A stretch of DNA of 64,000 nucleotides from Catajapyx aquilonaris. Its lineage: Eukaryota. The notes under the pieces are model-generated. The model was not told the DNA's origin. It saw only the letters and a list, made by a program, of their open reading frames with translations, and ran no database searches. Positions 51,301 to 64,000 of this stretch are shown here, in pieces (the first letter of the stretch is position 1; every line of letters begins with the position of its first letter). Both the position numbers and the translations under genes were made by a program. The DNA is taken from the NCBI GenBank assembly GCA_000934665.2, contig KZ538129.1, positions 1 to 64,000 on the forward strand, in the 5' to 3' direction.

Positions 51301-54300
51301 GCTCTCTATCGATTGGCATCGCCTAACAATGATACAGGGATGAACAATTAGTTCCAGCTGGGCCCTGAGTTAGCCTCACCCCGGCTCTCAAGAGGCCCAG
51401 GCATGCAGGCAGGCAGGCCAACTGATTTGTGGCTGCCCCCTCAAGGATTATGGAAAACCGTGCCGGCTTAAGTCAGGTATATCAGAATGGGCCGATAAAG
51501 AGCTCTTCATCATTCTGGGCCCATTTGTTTGTCAGCCGGGCCCGCAGGCTGGAGTGGTACTTTTGCTAGGTCCTTTCTGCATACCGGTTGTTGAAATTGT
51601 GACCAAAATTGGCAGGTCGCGGTGCGTATGATGATATGGGTTTTGGTTATTACATGTCTGGAATAACGTCGCAGTATATAATAATAACAGCGGTGACGTC
51701 ATTCCGAGCTTGTTAAAATTGGTGTAGCATAGTGCTCATAATCAGTTGAACAGTTGGTGCGCGTGATATCGGTTCAAACGTTTTGAAATTTTCTTTAGTT
51801 TGGGTTGTATCATGTGGTTTCTGTTGCCATGTTGCCAGGAAATATTTTTCTCCTGTAAAAGTAGGAAGAAAGTGAAGAATTTTATTGTTGAAATTTGTTG
51901 CCCATTTTCTAGCTGGAAAATGTTTCCTGGCAAATGTGAAACCACACATGAAGGTAGATAGTAAACCGAGGATTTATCATTGTTGGTATTATTGTCGCCA
52001 ACAATTAATAACAATGATAAATGTGCCTGTAGGTCTAATTGTAGCAGCGTCTGCAATATTTTGACTGCCTATACAGTATTTAATTATGATTGACTGTTTA
52101 CCAAACAATTCGCAGAATAGAAATACAGCCGGCCAAGCTCTACAGGCAGAATACGTGAATATTTTTTTTGGTCGTGTCGAGTAAAAATTAAATCACAGCT
52201 TGAAACAATTGAAATAATTGTCACTCGAAATGAGCGGGTATTATGCAAACCGGTATAAAATAATATGGGTATGCACGTTAATTAGCTATATAAATAGCTG
52301 GCTAGTACAGTATTATTATTGCTAGTTGACCCACATCTGCCTTACTACACGCACAGCCCTATAGTAATGAATTAACCTAGGAATTATCGCTTTTTTGCTT
52401 TAAAAAAGGAGTGTGTAAGTGGTGTGTTATTAACCTTCACTCAAAAAATTTACGCAATGTATTGTTCCTCCCCCCCACTACTATCAATGCCTGATTCATC
52501 CAGAGGCATCACGTAATGTGTGAGGCATCAAATGGACCCCCAGAGTGGAGGACAATAAGTCCGAGAAACGCAGATTGAGCTGAAGTACTAGGGGGGACTT
52601 GTGGCCAAATGCGATTACTTACATTACGGTGTCATGCTTCATTTTTGTCACTCGTGGGTCCTCCCCACTTGTCTTTCAAGAGAGGCCTTCCATGCATAAT
52701 TGGGCGCATGTGACCAGTCCTGGAGTTATGTGCAGTGTAGGTTTCAGTGTGTTATTCTCACAAAACTTTATTCAAAAAAATGCGTGTACAGTTGAAGTTG
52801 AAATTTTCATTAATACGCTGGTACTACTTGGCCTCAGTGCACCATTTCCACAATGCGGAGTGATATTTCTGTTGTTTCCAAGATTGGCCGACAGGACCTG
52901 GTAGGGTCTGTACCACAAAAGCCTCCTCAGCATCAAGCCTGGAAGAGGCGAAAATTAGATTTTCGGCAGTCAAGTGCGCTGATGACTCTCCCCCAACCGG
53001 TCCTCAATTTTTGCCAATCACTCGATGCGCCAATCTAATCAATCGATTGCGTCTTTCTGCCAAGTGGCTGAAAATGGCAGAGGCGAAGGGGAGGTGTCCA
53101 TGCTGATTAATCAGGTTAGAGGGGGAAACTGGTGGTGTACCGTCGTGGAGGGTACCACTATCTTTGGGGCTGCTCAAACATTGGCTGAGACGAACGTGTG
53201 ATGTGTCGGCGGGACAAGTCAAAAAAGAAAAGAGCAAGCAGAGGCGCCGCTCCTGGGCAAACACCAAAGGCTACTGGATACTTTGCACAAGGAGCAGTGT
53301 AAACGCGGCGGTCCAAAGTTCTTGGGCGACGGCGTCTTTTGTTGCTGGTCTCTTGTTTGGCATCGCTTTCCAAGGGGATTGATATCGGCTGCTGGAGTGC
53401 CGGACTAAGATGCTCCCCAGAGTGGCCGGGATTAGTGTTTTCGCCGTGTAGGCAAACATCCATATCTATTGAGTTTGACAGGGGATAGCTACCGGTCTCT
53501 TGTCGGTGTTTGGGCATGTTGACTTCCAGGATATGACTTTTTTCTAATATTAGCCGGTAGGTGCGCTGCCATCCGGTATCAGCATGGCGGACGGATGCGA
53601 GGCGTGGAAGTTATTTGAAAAATTACTGGCAGATGAGTGAGTGGTATGGCAAAAGGGGGGCCGAGGATGGGTCCGGGTGTGTGTGTGCGAGAGAGAGAAG
53701 AAATAGTTGTGGCTGTTGCGGGGATGGTGGGGAAGAGGGAATGCGGCGGCCATATTGGTGCCGTGGTGGTAGGGCCGTTCCAGGGGCTGTCTGACCGTGA
53801 CGGGGAGGCATGCCGGCTGTCAGGGACTCATCGGCCCAAGGGCCAGCTAATTGCCACGGGGCCAAGGGGCAGGAATTCGCCGCAGGGGGCATGCAGATAG
53901 GAAGAAAATGGCGCATCCACCGACGACATGCCTCCGAGTGCCGGCAGGCTGGAGAAATATCCTTGAAAATATCAGGTCCTCAGGAATGCAGGACTCTTGT
54001 TGTTCTTTTCTTTTTTTGCTTCTTTCTGGTGAGGTTCCGTTGGAAGGGCGGCTGAGAGAGGCAGGGATGACCTGGTTGTGAAGGAGGGACGTCCCGTGGG
54101 GAACCTCCCAATTCGCCAGGTCGGTCAGCTCTGACCCCCTGCTGCCAAAATTGCCATTGAGATTGGGGAATGGACTGGTCGACGAGTGACTTCGTATAGT
54201 CCAAAAGGAACAGGGTAGGAGGAGAGCTAAGAAACAAAGCTGGGGGTTTTAGTGGCCCTTTTCAGCCTGGGATTGAGGGGACCCTGGCCAGTCGTGAACA

Positions 54301-55191
54301 AAAGTCTAGTTGCCCTTCATAAGCTTCTTGGCCGCTTTCATTCCAAAGTAAAGGTTAGCACACGGTCGTGATAATAGAATTAGAAGCGGGTAAAGACGTT
54401 TCTAACGGGTGGCCTAAGGAGGAGTTGCATGTAGGTGAAGCGACAGAACAGATGTAACGTGGAGCCAGCTATGGCCATATTTGTCCATTTTGTGGCCAGC
54501 GATTGCATGCTTAGAACAATGGTTGTCATTTGGTACGTCGCTTAAGGGCTTCCTGCTGCACCGCAAGTGGGCGGGGGAGGGCCCCAGAACCATTACTTTG
54601 ACAAGATGTTCGCAACTTACATGTTACATGCAACGAGTTTGCGATTCGTAAACAGCAATTTGGTTGTTATTGCGCGGCCACATCCAGCCGGCGAAGACAA
54701 CCAGCCTTGTCGAGCATTGTCCTCCTCTCTCTGTCTGCCACCCCTCTAGAAATGCAGGGGCATCCATGGAAAAGAAAATAATGTCTAACAGGTCATGAGG
54801 CGTGTCGCATGTGCCCTGACGCTGACTCGCCGACCAACCGGTTGGGATCTCTCTTTTGATGGAATCGTTATTGACAACTCAGCCCGGGGGGCAGTTGGCT
54901 GACCCTGGACGCGGCTGGGAATGCACCTGGACTTGCCACGGGATGGCAGCTGGAGTAGGAGGAGGAGAAGGATGTGGACCCATGTCACAATAGAACAAGA
55001 AAACATTGGGTTATCATCTCAGGGGGTCAGCTCTTTGGCCACAACCTACCACGTTGCCACCTTGTGAAGGATGGCCACCTTGTTAAACTTTGTCTACCTC
55101 GCCCAACCCCACCTATAGTGGATATGATTAGCCTTAGAACGTATCGTTTCCCCGCTTTGTATACCCATAGTAATGGAATTCTATTTTGCAG

Positions 55192-55327
55192 CGTCCCCCG
55201 TCATCGTCGCTGTCCTTCACGGGTCAGGGCAACGACGACGCCAGGTCACCGGGCTCAGGAGGCACTCCAGGACCTCTCAGTCAACAACCCAGCTCGCAGC
55301 AGAGCACGGACAACAACAGCGAAGCAG
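55192..55327 (+). CDS. hth: hth coding exon 7 (RPPSSSLSFTGQGNDDARSPGSGGTPGPLSQQPSSQQSTDNNSEA, linker)
   Basis: Acceptor ctattttgcag and donor G|GTAAGG (phase 1). Matches the Hth linker motif RPPSSSLS...NDDARSPG...TPGPLSQQP. Confidence 0.95.
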
Positions 55328-55342
55328 GTAAGGAGAAGGAAA

Positions 55343-55368
55343 CCCTCCTCCTCCTCCTCCTCCTCCTC
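55343..55368. repeat. (CCT)n microsatellite just inside the intron after exon 7
   Basis: About 8 CCT units. Confidence 0.9.
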
Positions 55369-56570
55369 TTCCCTTTCTCCCAGATTCATTATCGGTTTCC
55401 CCTACCAGCTACCATAAGAACCCGAGATGTTAAGGGATAGCAATCGCTCCCTCGGGGGATTCCTGCACGACCGTCGAATAGGAACGATTACGATACAGCG
55501 ACGCAATGTAATTACAGGCGTCGTGCGGCGCCTCAGCCTTATCCCAGCGGCGGGGTCGACATTTTTCACCCAATATTCAAAACAGTCTTATGCGTTACAT
55601 CCACAAGGGGCACTTTATCACGGCTCTTTCAGCGGGTTAATGAATAGTGGGCCTGATGGAAAGTCGCGGAGGAGTGTCTGAGATTTGATGCCAAGCGGGA
55701 CGACTATCTGGCGAGATAGCAAAGGCGGCGAAATAGCTTCTTATAGAAAAGCAGCGTTTCTCGTTTCAACCCGAGGGGTGGTAGGTGGGAGGGGGGTGGG
55801 GGAGGAAGATAGCTTTCTTCCCTCCCGCCAGCACATTTCTTCGGGGAGTTGGCCCCTAAGACGGCATTCATACTGTCTTATACATTCATGCATTGTTTGC
55901 ATAATATATCGCCCGTCGGCGAGAGCTCCAATGGTGTCGTGCGTTATATTTTATGCGGGAGATGGAAAGTGGAGGAGGAGGCTGCGACTTGTGGGGGGAC
56001 TCGAAGACACTTTAGTGCTATAGGCAACCAAATCTACATGGGAATAACCGTGTTGGTGGGCTCGACAGAGATAGGGAAAATGTCGCTGCGATTAAAGTTA
56101 TTGCCTGTAAGATTTTGTGGGGGGCGGTACTGGCGTGGGACACCTATGCAACATGAAGTGCAGCTTCCGTCTGTAGTCGGACCAGGAGGGCTCTTGGCCC
56201 TCACAAGTGGTTTATTTATTTCGCAGTATTGGGGAGAAGCAGACCCCTGCTGAGCTTCGACCTCAAAGATTTCCTTTGTATTGCCAGTAGGCATTCAGGA
56301 TATCCCTGGGCATTCACTGGGGCCAAAAGGGACATGGCAAAGCGGTACAAGTGTGAACACAAAAGGTTCTGCGCCAGCTTTTATTTTGCTATGTTAGTAG
56401 AAACTGTTCCCAGTAACATTCGATGAACAAGTGACACTTAGTTTTTTCGCTTGTACAGTATGTCTGCTGTCTGGAATAGGCTATATTAGGATTTGAGTAA
56501 CTGAAAGATCAATTTTTTAACTTCGAAGTTTTTCGCAGAAGGCGATTAGTAATTTACTAAATTGTCTTTT

Positions 56571-56661
56571 TATAGACCCTACATATGAATGGAAATGGCA
56601 AATATGCCAAATATTAAATATTTGGCATATTTGCCATTTCCATTAGTATGTAGGGTCTATA
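56571..56661. repeat. 91-bp near-perfect inverted repeat (44-bp arms, 3-nt spacer)
   Basis: The left arm tatagaccctacatatgaatggaaatggcaaatatgccaaatat matches the reverse complement of the right arm at 42 of 44 positions. Confidence 0.95.
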
Positions 56662-59600
56662 CAATCAGCGACAACAAATTTTATTGTCGCTGATAGTTCT
56701 CCAAGGACCAGTTGTGCCAAAATAAATTAGTCAAAAATCTGTGATTATGTACAGGTAATTTACAATACACAATCAGACATAATTTGACACATTGCCCTTA
56801 ATTTGAGTTGATGCAACCAACTTTAAAGCTGAACTTTAATGAAATTGACATGTCGACATTATTTTGTCATGCCAGTTTGAATGATTGCCATATTATGCAA
56901 CCAGCTGTGTACAATAATATCAGCATTATTGCAGTATGTGAAACAATAGGGAAATCATTAGCACTTTCTCTAGACGAATAATATTTTGTGAATATCAAGC
57001 CCAAATTATGACAGCTTGGACAACAAATTCAAGTTTCATATGATTCATCTAATATTATTCCTAACAACCTTAGCTAAACATTATCCAGGCCCCCAGCAAC
57101 ATCAATCCCAGGACAGCCTCTTTTGTGAACGACGAGCAGGCAAAAGTACTTCGCCATGTTAGACCCTGTTTCTTGTTGTGCAGTGGAAGGAATGGCTGTT
57201 GGTGGAGGGAATAGTAGGCCACCGGGATCGCTTACCGCCATTCTTTGGCCGAGGCAGGTTATCCCATTGCAGGCTGAATGCCTGACGTTTCCCCCCGGGC
57301 CTTCCCAGCATTCTGTTCAGCCGATGATCTTTTTAATCGCAACAAAAGGAGATGGGGGAAGAAGAGCGCATTTTGTCCCTGCTGCCTCCTCAATGGAACC
57401 CACCATCTCCAAAAAACGGTTTCAAAAAAAAATACATACCAAATTATTTTTGGGACTTTCTACGCGCGTGTGAACCATTGGTGGCAGCAATTTGTCGAAT
57501 TAAGGCCAAGTACGACCCCCCTCCTCCACTTCTTTTTTTTCTTCTTTTGGAAAATGCTTTGGAAGCAGGGAAGAGCATTGCTCCCCAGAGCACCCCTCTT
57601 TTCCATGACCCCCCTCCTTCTCTCCCTCATAATGGGGGCTTAAAACGGGCCACAAAGCTGCGAAGCTGTGTGTTGATGATCCTCCACCTTCGGGGGTAGT
57701 CAAACAATTGCAGGCAGTGATGCACAAAGAGAATGGGCAAGGGGGAGACCGCATTGTTGTGTCTGAATAGAGGACATGGCCAGGGTCGAGCTATTTTTTT
57801 CCTCCGTATTTTTTTTTTAAAAAATGCGCGGGTGTAATGTGGGCGTTTCTTTTAAAACCTCCTTGTTATTACGGCTGTAAGGAGAAAGACAGTGTTGCTT
57901 GGGGCCAACTGCCAAAGTGCCACTAAAAAGAGGCTCAGCGGTTCTTAGCTCGGAGACCTAGCAATGAAATCTCATTTATTGCTGTCAACTCCAGCCTTAA
58001 AATTCCATCTCATGTGCGCGAGAGGGGGTTACATTTTCCCCAGCCAAACCAAACTGCATCCCGTATTGCTCCTGCGAGAGATAAGTTCTCTCAGTATGTG
58101 TTTTTTTTAATGCTTGCTGGCACATTATTGACTGTATGAACCGCAGGCCGCCTGTGAAACCGCAATTGCCGCTTGCTTTTCGCCGGCAGACAAAAGAAGT
58201 CATTCAAAGGGGTCTGGCCTCGCCCTACTAGGGGTCAAATTACACCCACACTGCTCCTAATTTTGTGTGGATTCGACCCCCCCGGATGTCACGGGCAAAA
58301 CTATGTTCTAAACTGCATCTAGAGGGCGAGTGTTAAAGTCTTAAATTTGTAATTAATGCGGACTTATGGTGCATCCGCGTTTTGGAAAGTAGGCCTGCAG
58401 ATATTATACATGAGGTGTAAGTAATGCATTGCGGCTGTGAGTGCACGTACTATGGTCATGTTTGGAGTTGCCGAGAGTCATATTTGATATAGTCGGTCCA
58501 AGGAAAGACTGGGGGTCGTTAGCAGTAACTATAGCAGTGGGACGAAAATCCGACCCAGGGTTGATGGGATAGTGAAATTTATTTATTTATTTATTTATTT
58601 ATTTTGGCAACCCGTGCTAGGGCCTTAGGCCCTCTTAGGGGAGTGGAATACCACCATTCGGTGCAGGGGACAGGATAGGGATAGTGAGGGGGTGCAGTCC
58701 CTCAAGTTGGGGGTCGTGTGCAGTCCCTCAGGGGGCCCGTTCGCCAAGATGATCCCCTGGATGCGGGTCCGACACTCCCACCGACACCGCACCTCATGGC
58801 CTGGACAAGGATAGGAAAGGAAGGTTCAAGCGGCTGTGGCCTGTTAGGGATATTGAAATTAAGTTGCCAGACGCAATTGGAACCCGAAATACGGCATACC
58901 CCACTTGAATATCCCATCAGGCATCTGTACATTTATCCACGGTAAACATTCCAAAGTATATTCCTGGACCTACTGTAGTATCCACTAGTTAGCCAGGTAT
59001 AGCAGGCTCCTAAGGTTTGATCTGTTTTTCCAAGGAGGGGATCCTCATAAATTATGGCCTAAGCACCTTGGCGTTGATGGGGGATAACTGATGATTGGAA
59101 ATTAGAACACAATTCCGGGCCTAATTTATAGCCGGCATTAGAGCGTTATTAGCCTGATTCGGATGAAGTGGTGAGTACTGGGAGAAGACTGTTTTTGTAT
59201 CGCTGAGGGTGGATTTGCATTTTGGAAGCGTCACTCCAGAGGGAAGGGAGACCAGTGTCGGAGCAGTCATTTTGATTCATGGAAAACATTCCGGGTCATC
59301 GCTTTTTTTTNGGTTGGGGGTTGGGGGGAGGGGGAGGGGGGAGGGATTTTGATGCAAAGCACTAGGGCTGTGTTGTGGGGAGGAAATGCTTCCAAGGATC
59401 AATCCGAGGGCTCCTTTTATCTTGATACATGTGTGCCTTGATGGCAATGAGCAAATGGATCCACAATGCCAGCCTCGGCGACAATTGGGTCTGGAAGACT
59501 CCTTGGCGAGTTGTAAAAGCCGGAGTGGAGAAGGTTTATGTTGCCTTGTGGACCAGTCTGCCTGGGAAATGGGATGCTCTGCTCTTACGGATTCACTCAC

Positions 59601-61706
59601 ACCCTCGGATGCATGCGAGAGTACTTTCCCGTGTTGACATCGACTGGTTTTGAGAAGAAAATCCTTGGATTTTTTTTTTACTGGCTGAGATTTGTACATA
59701 TTGCTATTCGAGGAAATATCTAGCCTCCAACGAGGTTTATGCACTGATTCATAACTGTGTAGCCTCCCCTGGGCAACCTGATCAACTCCATCTACTGCCA
59801 GATTCATGTAACTTCGAACCTTGCATGCACAATTAGTAATTAATTTATATAAAAATAAAAATAAAATGAAATTAATGACGGTTCATATTTTTTTAGTTCT
59901 ATGCCAATTCCTTGTTGAAAACGTTTGACAGAATGCACATATAGACCGAGCTATAGATACAGTATATACACTCAATAGAAAGGGAAGTAATATGAACCGG
60001 AGTATAGCTCGTGTCACTATTGAGAATTGATGCGTTAAATGGACGTGCGGCACGTACTTGCTGTTTTTTTTTGTTTTGAAAAGATCTTGAAACGACATGA
60101 CTGACGACATCGTGAGAAGACGATCAAGGCGTCGACCGGTCGCGCCGAGTTTGGTGCCCTTTGATACGGAAAAGTGCGCCAAAAAACGGGCGCAAAAAAA
60201 AACACAAGCGTTAGTGTCTTTATTCGCCGCGTTCATTAGTGAATAAACATAAAAAGAGCGTTTTGGCGCCGGGTAATGGGAGCCATCTGTTGGGAGCCCG
60301 CAAGTGTCTTGCATCGTAGAGTAAACACCAGGGAAACAAGGTGGGATTGATGCTTGCCGGTTTGGTTCATTTTGGGGAACGTAAATCCGAGTGTGTAGCC
60401 ACGGTAGGGTTGGAAAGTTAAAACAGCCGGTTCAAAAAAACAGTGGAAAGGAAAAAAAAGGGCGGTTGGCCGCCATTAGCTCTCTTCCATCCCCCCATGG
60501 TTTTACCCCGCGTGTGTTGTCTGAAGACCAAATGGCCGATGTTAGTGCAAAGGAATGGGGCTGTCCTGGTTGGGAAGCTGCCTGCTTGCTGCTAGCTCTT
60601 GGCAGAGCTTGGCACCGTGTTTGTTTGATCCTAGGGGATGGGGGAGACGGGAAAGTGCTACACCACGAGTGGAGTGCTGATGGCAGCCCAGGAGGAGAAG
60701 CCAAATGTCCCGATGTTGGTTGGCCTCTGGGGCTAAAAATGCTGGAGGGGGGGAGGATGCTGGAACATTCTCGGGTTGCCAGTTGAAGCTGATGAACAGT
60801 CATCTGGCAACATGCAGAGGTGAAGTTGCCAGGTGAAGTCGCTGATAGTCACAATATGTTATGAAAATGACAGGACTAGTTATAGACAAATTTCAGCCAT
60901 TTCGTGGCAGTACACTGTGGGGTATGAAATAAATGAAAAGAAATAAATATATTCAGGCTCGATCTAACAGACTGTTGAGTCAGTCAGTTTTGTTCCTCAC
61001 GCCCTTTGACTGAGGCATTGTTTTATGAACATGGTGGCAGTGTTTCGGAGGACAATGGGATCTGCGAGTATGTCGCAGCCGATATCGAAGTCGAGGATCT
61101 GTCAGCGGGAAGACAATGCGCTAGATGGGGGTGGATCCGGCAGTTAGAGGCTCGTTAATGGTATCAGTCTGCAGACACCTCCACCGAGTCCCACGTGCAC
61201 GCAACGGCTTGTAAACAAACGGCGGCCATTTTTGTTGTCGGCGTCCAGAATATTTGCACCCCATTCATCAAGCTCGGGGCTTTGCCCTCCCCTCTTTCAG
61301 GCATGGTCAAACGCAATATAGGGCTCCCAGCCTGCCATGGCATGGGTAGGAAAAACAGAATAGAGAGAGTGAGAGTGAGGGTAGAAAAAAATCATAGTTT
61401 GGAAGCCGGTGGGTCGAAGACAGATTTTGGGAGTTGAAAATAGTGTGCGGAGTGATATGGAAGCTGTTGAGAGGAGTTGTGCGCTAGCTGACGGGACGAG
61501 TGCAAGAGAGATTGGCTTTCAGCATGGCCGCTTCGCAGCCTGTGTGCTGAACTGTCAGACCACAGATTCTAATCGCGTACGTTCCTCCACCCAACCACCC
61601 CCCTGCCCCCTGCTCTGCCATCCAGCGGACTGGTGTTTTGTGCACACTGCATGGCGAAATGCATATGTCAACTGCACTCCCGAAGACACCCGTGACACAT
61701 CTTTTG

Positions 61707-61844
61707 GCACAGTCAAGCACAATATTGGTATTCAAAATATTGCAACTATTAATATGTCATCCATGTATATATTTTGCACAGTCAGGGACAATATTGGTAT
61801 TCAAAATATTGGAACTATCAATATGTCATCCATGTACCTATTTT
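61707..61844. repeat. 69-bp tandem duplication (2 copies)
   Basis: gcacagtca..acaatattggtattcaaaatattg.aactat.aatatgtcatccatgta..tatttt at 61707 and again at 61776. Confidence 0.93.
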
Positions 61845-64000
61845 GATTATACTTTCATGTAGAGAGAAATGCCATTATTTATTAATTACTCGATTAATTA
61901 TGTATGACAGCCATTTTTATAGGGGCGTACAATTAATGTGCAGTAGTTAATTGAGTACCCCCTTCTAGCAGGCAGAATTTAAAAGCGGAATTTGCGATGC
62001 GTACTTGCACTGTTAACACCTGTCCGGGCAGGTGAAAAGAGCTTGGCTAATGTTAACACAAAAGGGTGGTTATGCGGAATAAGCCATAAAAGCTCAAAAC
62101 ACTTCAGGGGTTGAGTCACGTGGTTGGCACCACTTAGCGGCACGTGCCTTGATCTTAGAAAAGCTAGGATATGCGTTACATGGTATTTCTCATGCTCATG
62201 CTAAACAGCACCAATGGCCGGATCTTTTCAAGGGAGAGAAATTTCACACCCTTTATGACTTCCCTCGGGGTCGAACAGGCACAACTTAAATGAGCAAGTC
62301 CAGTTTATATATATATATTTTTATTTTTTTTAAAAAAATATTGATTAGATGGGTAGTTTTTGCATGGTTGGGAGTGGACATTTCCTGTCAGCGCCATCTG
62401 TGAGCGGGCATGGTAACTACGAATCGGAATTGTAGTGTGAAGCACTTCACTCACACCTTTTATCATGATCAGAGTCGCCCCTCACACTATACCAAACGAG
62501 ACAGCCTTTCACGCTTACCTAGGCAAGTCTTCATCAAGGGAAAAGACGACGGGGGCGAAGAAGAAGAAGAAGAAGAAAAAATGGCGAGCGAAGAAAGTGT
62601 TCTTAAAATCATTTCTTCCCGACAATGAACTTCATTTTCATTTCCCCGCTTTTATCTCCGGCTGACAAGAGCCATTGTGCCAGCCTCTTTTTCTACGAGG
62701 GGTGGCAGTTTTCAGTTTCGTTTCCCATTCTTGTAATTTTTTTAAAAAAGGAAAACTCGCTGTTCTTCCTACCCCTCCTCCTCCGCCCGTTTGTTTTACC
62801 CTTCTTTTTTTGATGCCAGATAAAACTTTCTTCATTAAAGAAGAGTTGCTCTGCATACAAGATGGCCTTTTGGGCAATGAAGTTTTGAACCGGAGTGGGA
62901 GCAGGAAGGAGACGGGAGGGGGGGAGGGGGAGGGGGGAAGAAAAGTGCGATAGATAGATTGCTACAGCGTGCGCCTTCCCTTACGATTCACTCTTGGAAA
63001 TTAAAACTGGACTGGAAAGATTCATTAATGTTTTTTTTTTCTTCCCCCAGTTCCCCTCCCATCTGCTAGATAGGAAAAATTGATAACGCCTCCCCCATCG
63101 TACATTTCTGCATTCATTTACACGATTTTTTGGCAACATGACCATCCGCGCCACCTGTCGTCTGGTCCACGCACTTTTCCATAAAATAATCGAACCTGAT
63201 GTTTATGAATAGCGTTGGAAAGAGGCTTTAATGAAAATCCGTCGCTCCCGTCAAGACGACTCAAGAGTAAATTTTCAGAAAATTTTCCATGCCCCCCCCC
63301 CCCNCCCACCCCCCTCCTTCTCTTCTCCGCCATTCCCTGCGATTTGACGCCATCACCTTTCATTAGACGCTGGTGCTGGGCCCTAGCTCTAAGAGAGAGC
63401 AGGGGAAGCTTCCTTGGCGTTCCCCACTCGTGTATAATGCATGACGGGGACGGGCGGAATAATTACCAGGGCCCTGTGTAAGGGAAGGAATAAATGAGTC
63501 TTTTGTTTCAATTCACCACCAGCTAGACAAGAGACGAGCAACTTCCAACTCTCGTTACCCCCACTAATTAGCGGGGGAGATGCTGAAAACTGTGGCAGGG
63601 CGAAATATAGCCGGTGTTTAGCCGGGGCATAAAAAGAGCATAAATATGACTTGCCACACGACACACTCGCCTAGGGCAGTTAGTCACTCGGGTTGGAAAA
63701 GGAGTGTCAACTCGACGTCTCATATGTTGAGTGCGTGTGAGTGCGAATCTTTGCTTGGCACACCGACCGGAGACTGTGAATAAGATGGTGTAAAATACTG
63801 TAATATACTATGTCGAATCCTGGGCCAAATTTTTGAGTGAGGTTGATGGGTGAGTAGTAGTCAGGGGGTATAGGAAAGAGGGATTGCGTGCCGCTGGAAT
63901 CTAATTATGCAAGAACAATTGCGGGGCTTTTTACGTAAGGCTAAATCTCATTTCCCCCCTCACACCAAAGCCCATTACAAACCTTACCCGGCGTTAATCA

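Noticed and set aside
37963..63304. Isolated N bases (37963, 38599, 41803, 59311, 63304)
   Set aside because: All are in or next to homopolymer runs, so they are sequencing/assembly ambiguities rather than biology.
55328..64000. Homeodomain-encoding or further conserved hth exons
   Set aside because: I found no KKRGIFPK/WLFQHL-type or DDD-rich linker sequence. These exons presumably lie downstream of the window, so their absence is not evidence of pseudogenisation.

Overview
This is eukaryotic (arthropod-like) genomic DNA containing the 5' part of one large developmental gene, homothorax (hth, Meis-class TALE homeobox), on the + strand. Seven coding exons with GT-AG introns and matching phases (11398-11412, 11481-11704, 13629-13770, 25021-25071, 36748-36798, 39847-40044, 55192-55327) splice into 272 codons. 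These cover MAQPR..., the complete Homothorax-Meis (HM) domain and the start of the linker; the homeodomain exons must lie beyond base 64000. The rest is about 11 kb of upstream DNA and long introns, and nearly all ORFs in the supplied track look spurious. I see no prokaryotic system, CRISPR array, RNA gene or intact transposon. The most interesting signals are regulatory: (1) a hairpin over the exon-5 donor followed by two more GTAAGG donors, one in-frame and one frameshifting; (2) possible homeodomain-less read-through ends; (3) a dense Pho/YY1 motif cluster; (4) Exd/Hth-type autoregulatory motifs; (5) Zelda-type motifs upstream; (6) a 91-bp near-perfect intronic inverted repeat; (7) several unusual repeat arrays. 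All regulatory calls are motif-level inferences made by eye.
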